Origin: Takakia lepidozioides
Lineage: Eukaryota > Plantae > Bryophyta
NCBI GenBank assembly: GCA_030704615.1
Contig: CM060733.1
Location: forward strand, 11,036,001 to 11,100,000
Direction of reading: 5' to 3'
DNA: 64,000 nucleotides
Part shown: positions 61,652-64,000 of the stretch, one piece after another
Numbering within the stretch: the first letter of the stretch is position 1
How the letters are laid out: each line of letters starts with the position of its first letter
Notes under the pieces: model-generated
Databases searched by the model: none
Told to the model about the DNA's origin: nothing
Seen by the model: only the letters and a program-made list of their open reading frames with translations
Program-made: the position numbers and the translations under genes

Positions 61652-64000
61652 ATGAAGGGGTCAGGGATGGCTGAAGTGGGAATAGAGCTTGGTATAGAGT
61701 TTAGCATGCCCGGGAGCAGTAGTGCGTCCATTCCTATACAATGGCAGCTTAAGGATGTAGTAGGGGCAGCTAATCAAGCAGATGCCATGGGGCACACTAT
61801 GCTCGAAGTGATGGTGGATGTGAACAAGGATTCAGTCACCTTGCGTAGTGTCACGCCTGCTGGCCCTGGTATCCATGACCCGGCTATCGGGGCGCTGAGT
61901 GAGACATGGGATAGGAGTTACGATGCAAGTATAATGTCGGATGGATGGAAAAAATCTAGCTCTTTTCGCGATTCTTTGAGGCGCTCTGCATCACGCGTCA
62001 AGCAATTCTCACAGGAGTTAGCTCGATTGCCTCGCAATGCTTCCCGGGTTCAGTCTGTGAGCCTACTCTCCCCGGACAACGATAGTGTATTATCTGTTCC
62101 TTCTGATACTCAACCTACACCTAGTACCAGTGGTGGGCCAGCACCTCGTCAAAATGTGTCCATTAGTAGATCTGTGTCAGGAGCTGAGCATGCATTGGAA
62201 GGACTGCGCTTCATAAGCAAAGCAACCTCAACTGCCGATCGAAAGAGCCTTTGGGAAGCTGCTGAAGCACGGTTTCATAAGCTGGCATCAGCTGACCACT
62301 TACTTCCACGGTCTCATTTTGCTGAATGCATAGGTCAGCTATCTGCACGTTGTCCGCAGGTTCCATAATGTTCCAGCTCTTCCTGATATGCTGCAATCGC
62401 GTCCTGCTGTGTTAAGGCTCTTAAGCTGCCATGCCAACGGAAGTTCACCTCATAGTCCATTGATGCTAGCAGTTGGCATGATTACTGGCTGGGGTCGAAG
62501 GGTCGTTAATCGACAGCTATTGTGTGATGCCTCCTGTGCAGGAATGAAGGATTCGAAAGAGTTTGCAAATGAGCTTTTTGATGCACTTGTACGAAGGAAA
62601 GGTCAAAAAGTGCAAAGTATTTCGAAGGAGGAGCTCTACGAATACTGGTTGCAGATTACTGACAAGAATTTCGATTCACGCATGCAAATCTTCTTTGACC
62701 TGTAAGCGTCTGATGATCGGTTTCACTGAGGAACCTCTTGTTTCCTGGCTTCCATTCAGCGGTTGGCACTCGATCAACCTATTAACTGAGGTGCTTGTCT
62801 ACGCAGGTGTGACAAGGATGCAGATGGTCGGATATCCGGGGAAGAAGTGAAAGAGGTCAGCTCAAAAGTTTGGACTCCCTTCCTCCCTGGGAAAAATTGA
62901 AATGGAAAATACTGCAGTCACACGTCAAGACTGTGACAACCTGCTGAACTTGATGGGCTGAAATGCTAGTTTCCGAGATGTCGTAGGGATCCTTGACGTA
63001 ATCAAGGTGCTGAAATCTGCGACATCGACTCAAGTTTGCTGCCTAACACCAAAGTGGACTTCCTTGGCATTTTCAGGTGATCATGTTGAGTGCATCGGCG
63101 AACAAGCTTTCAAAACTGAAAGAGCAGGCCCAGGAGTACGCAGCATTGATTATGGAAGAACTCGATGTAGATCGCATGGGCTACATTGAGGTGACTACGT
63201 GTCCTCACAGTAGGACGCTTTTTTTTGCATCCGATCTTGCGTCCACCATATGTCCTGTTAATATTAGTTGCAGAAAACAGCATTCTGCGTCACTACAACT
63301 GATGCGCTGCCGTGTCTTTGCAGCTATCGCAATTAGAGAGTTTAATGCGAGGATCAGTCACTGTAGTTGGAAGGGAGTCCATTTTGCAATACAGTCAGGG
63401 CCTGATTCCCCAATCACAGAGCAGTCGCTCGCCGAAATACCTGGAGAGGAGTAAATACTTCTTCCTCGACAATTGGAAACGGCTCTGGATCATTGGCCTG
63501 TGGTTAGCAGTCATGGCAGGTCTCTTTATCTGGAAATTTATCCAATACAGGCACAGGAATGGATTCGCTATCATGGGATACTGTGTGTGTACGGCAAAAG
63601 GCGCAGCAGAGACCTTGAAACTCAACATGGCCCTGATCCTGCTGCCTGTTTGTCGCAATACAATAACTTGGCTTCGCTCAACCAGGATAGGATCATTCGT
63701 CCCATTTGATGACAACCTCAATTTCCATAAGGCAAGTTTGTGCGACGATCCATCCTTACAGCTGGTTGTGAAGCGCTAGAAATTGTCAATGGTTTCTCCT
63801 CAATCCATATTGTTAGTAAGTCTCTAGACTCTGGAGGAAATTGAATCAGTCTCTGATGAGTGAGGATGTGTGGATGGCAATGTTTTGATTGTGCAGGTCA
63901 TTGCAGGGGCTATTGCAGTGGGAATTGTTCTGCATGCGCTTTTACATATTTCATGTGACTTCCCTAGGATATCCAGTGCCCCTTATGATAAATTTGACAG
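61652..64000 (+). CDS. RBOH: Respiratory burst oxidase homolog (NADPH oxidase), 5' part. Exons 61652-62333, 62542-62701, 62807-62855, 63077-63190, 63324-63731, 63897-end.
   Basis: [25 protein letters not shown]|[27 protein letters not shown]-hand [81 protein letters not shown]. Confidence 0.97.

Overview
This is eukaryotic nuclear DNA from a land plant, probably a non-seed lineage (a bryophyte or lycophyte; inferred from gene style and TE content). Intact spliced host genes are: OEP16 (14.4-15.6 kb, +), a SAM-methyltransferase (17.1-18.2 kb, -), a 19-exon mitochondrial-type TypA/BipA GTPase (18.9-32.9 kb, -), SNI1/NSE6 head-to-head with TypA (33.4-39.1 kb, +), and the 5' part of an RBOH NADPH oxidase (61.65 kb to the end, +). 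The first 12.5 kb is TE wreckage. It holds GGGTTACA minisatellites, a Zn-finger pseudogene with an inverted paralog, a decayed Helitron-type RPA70-like gene, captured eIF3d and EH/Pan1 exons, and a LINE fragment. The most striking pattern is an APE-RT LINE family with at least 7 copies here. Each sits at the 3' edge of a (TC)n microsatellite, several keep 13-16 bp TSDs, they stack in tandem at the same target, they have almost no 3' UTR, and three of them are the same ~70-nt 3' module. TypA intron 2 also holds a ~750-nt antisense segment that looks like a large folded RNA (nested stems, G-U pairs, GNRA loops). All protein assignments come from motif recognition by eye; no database search was run.
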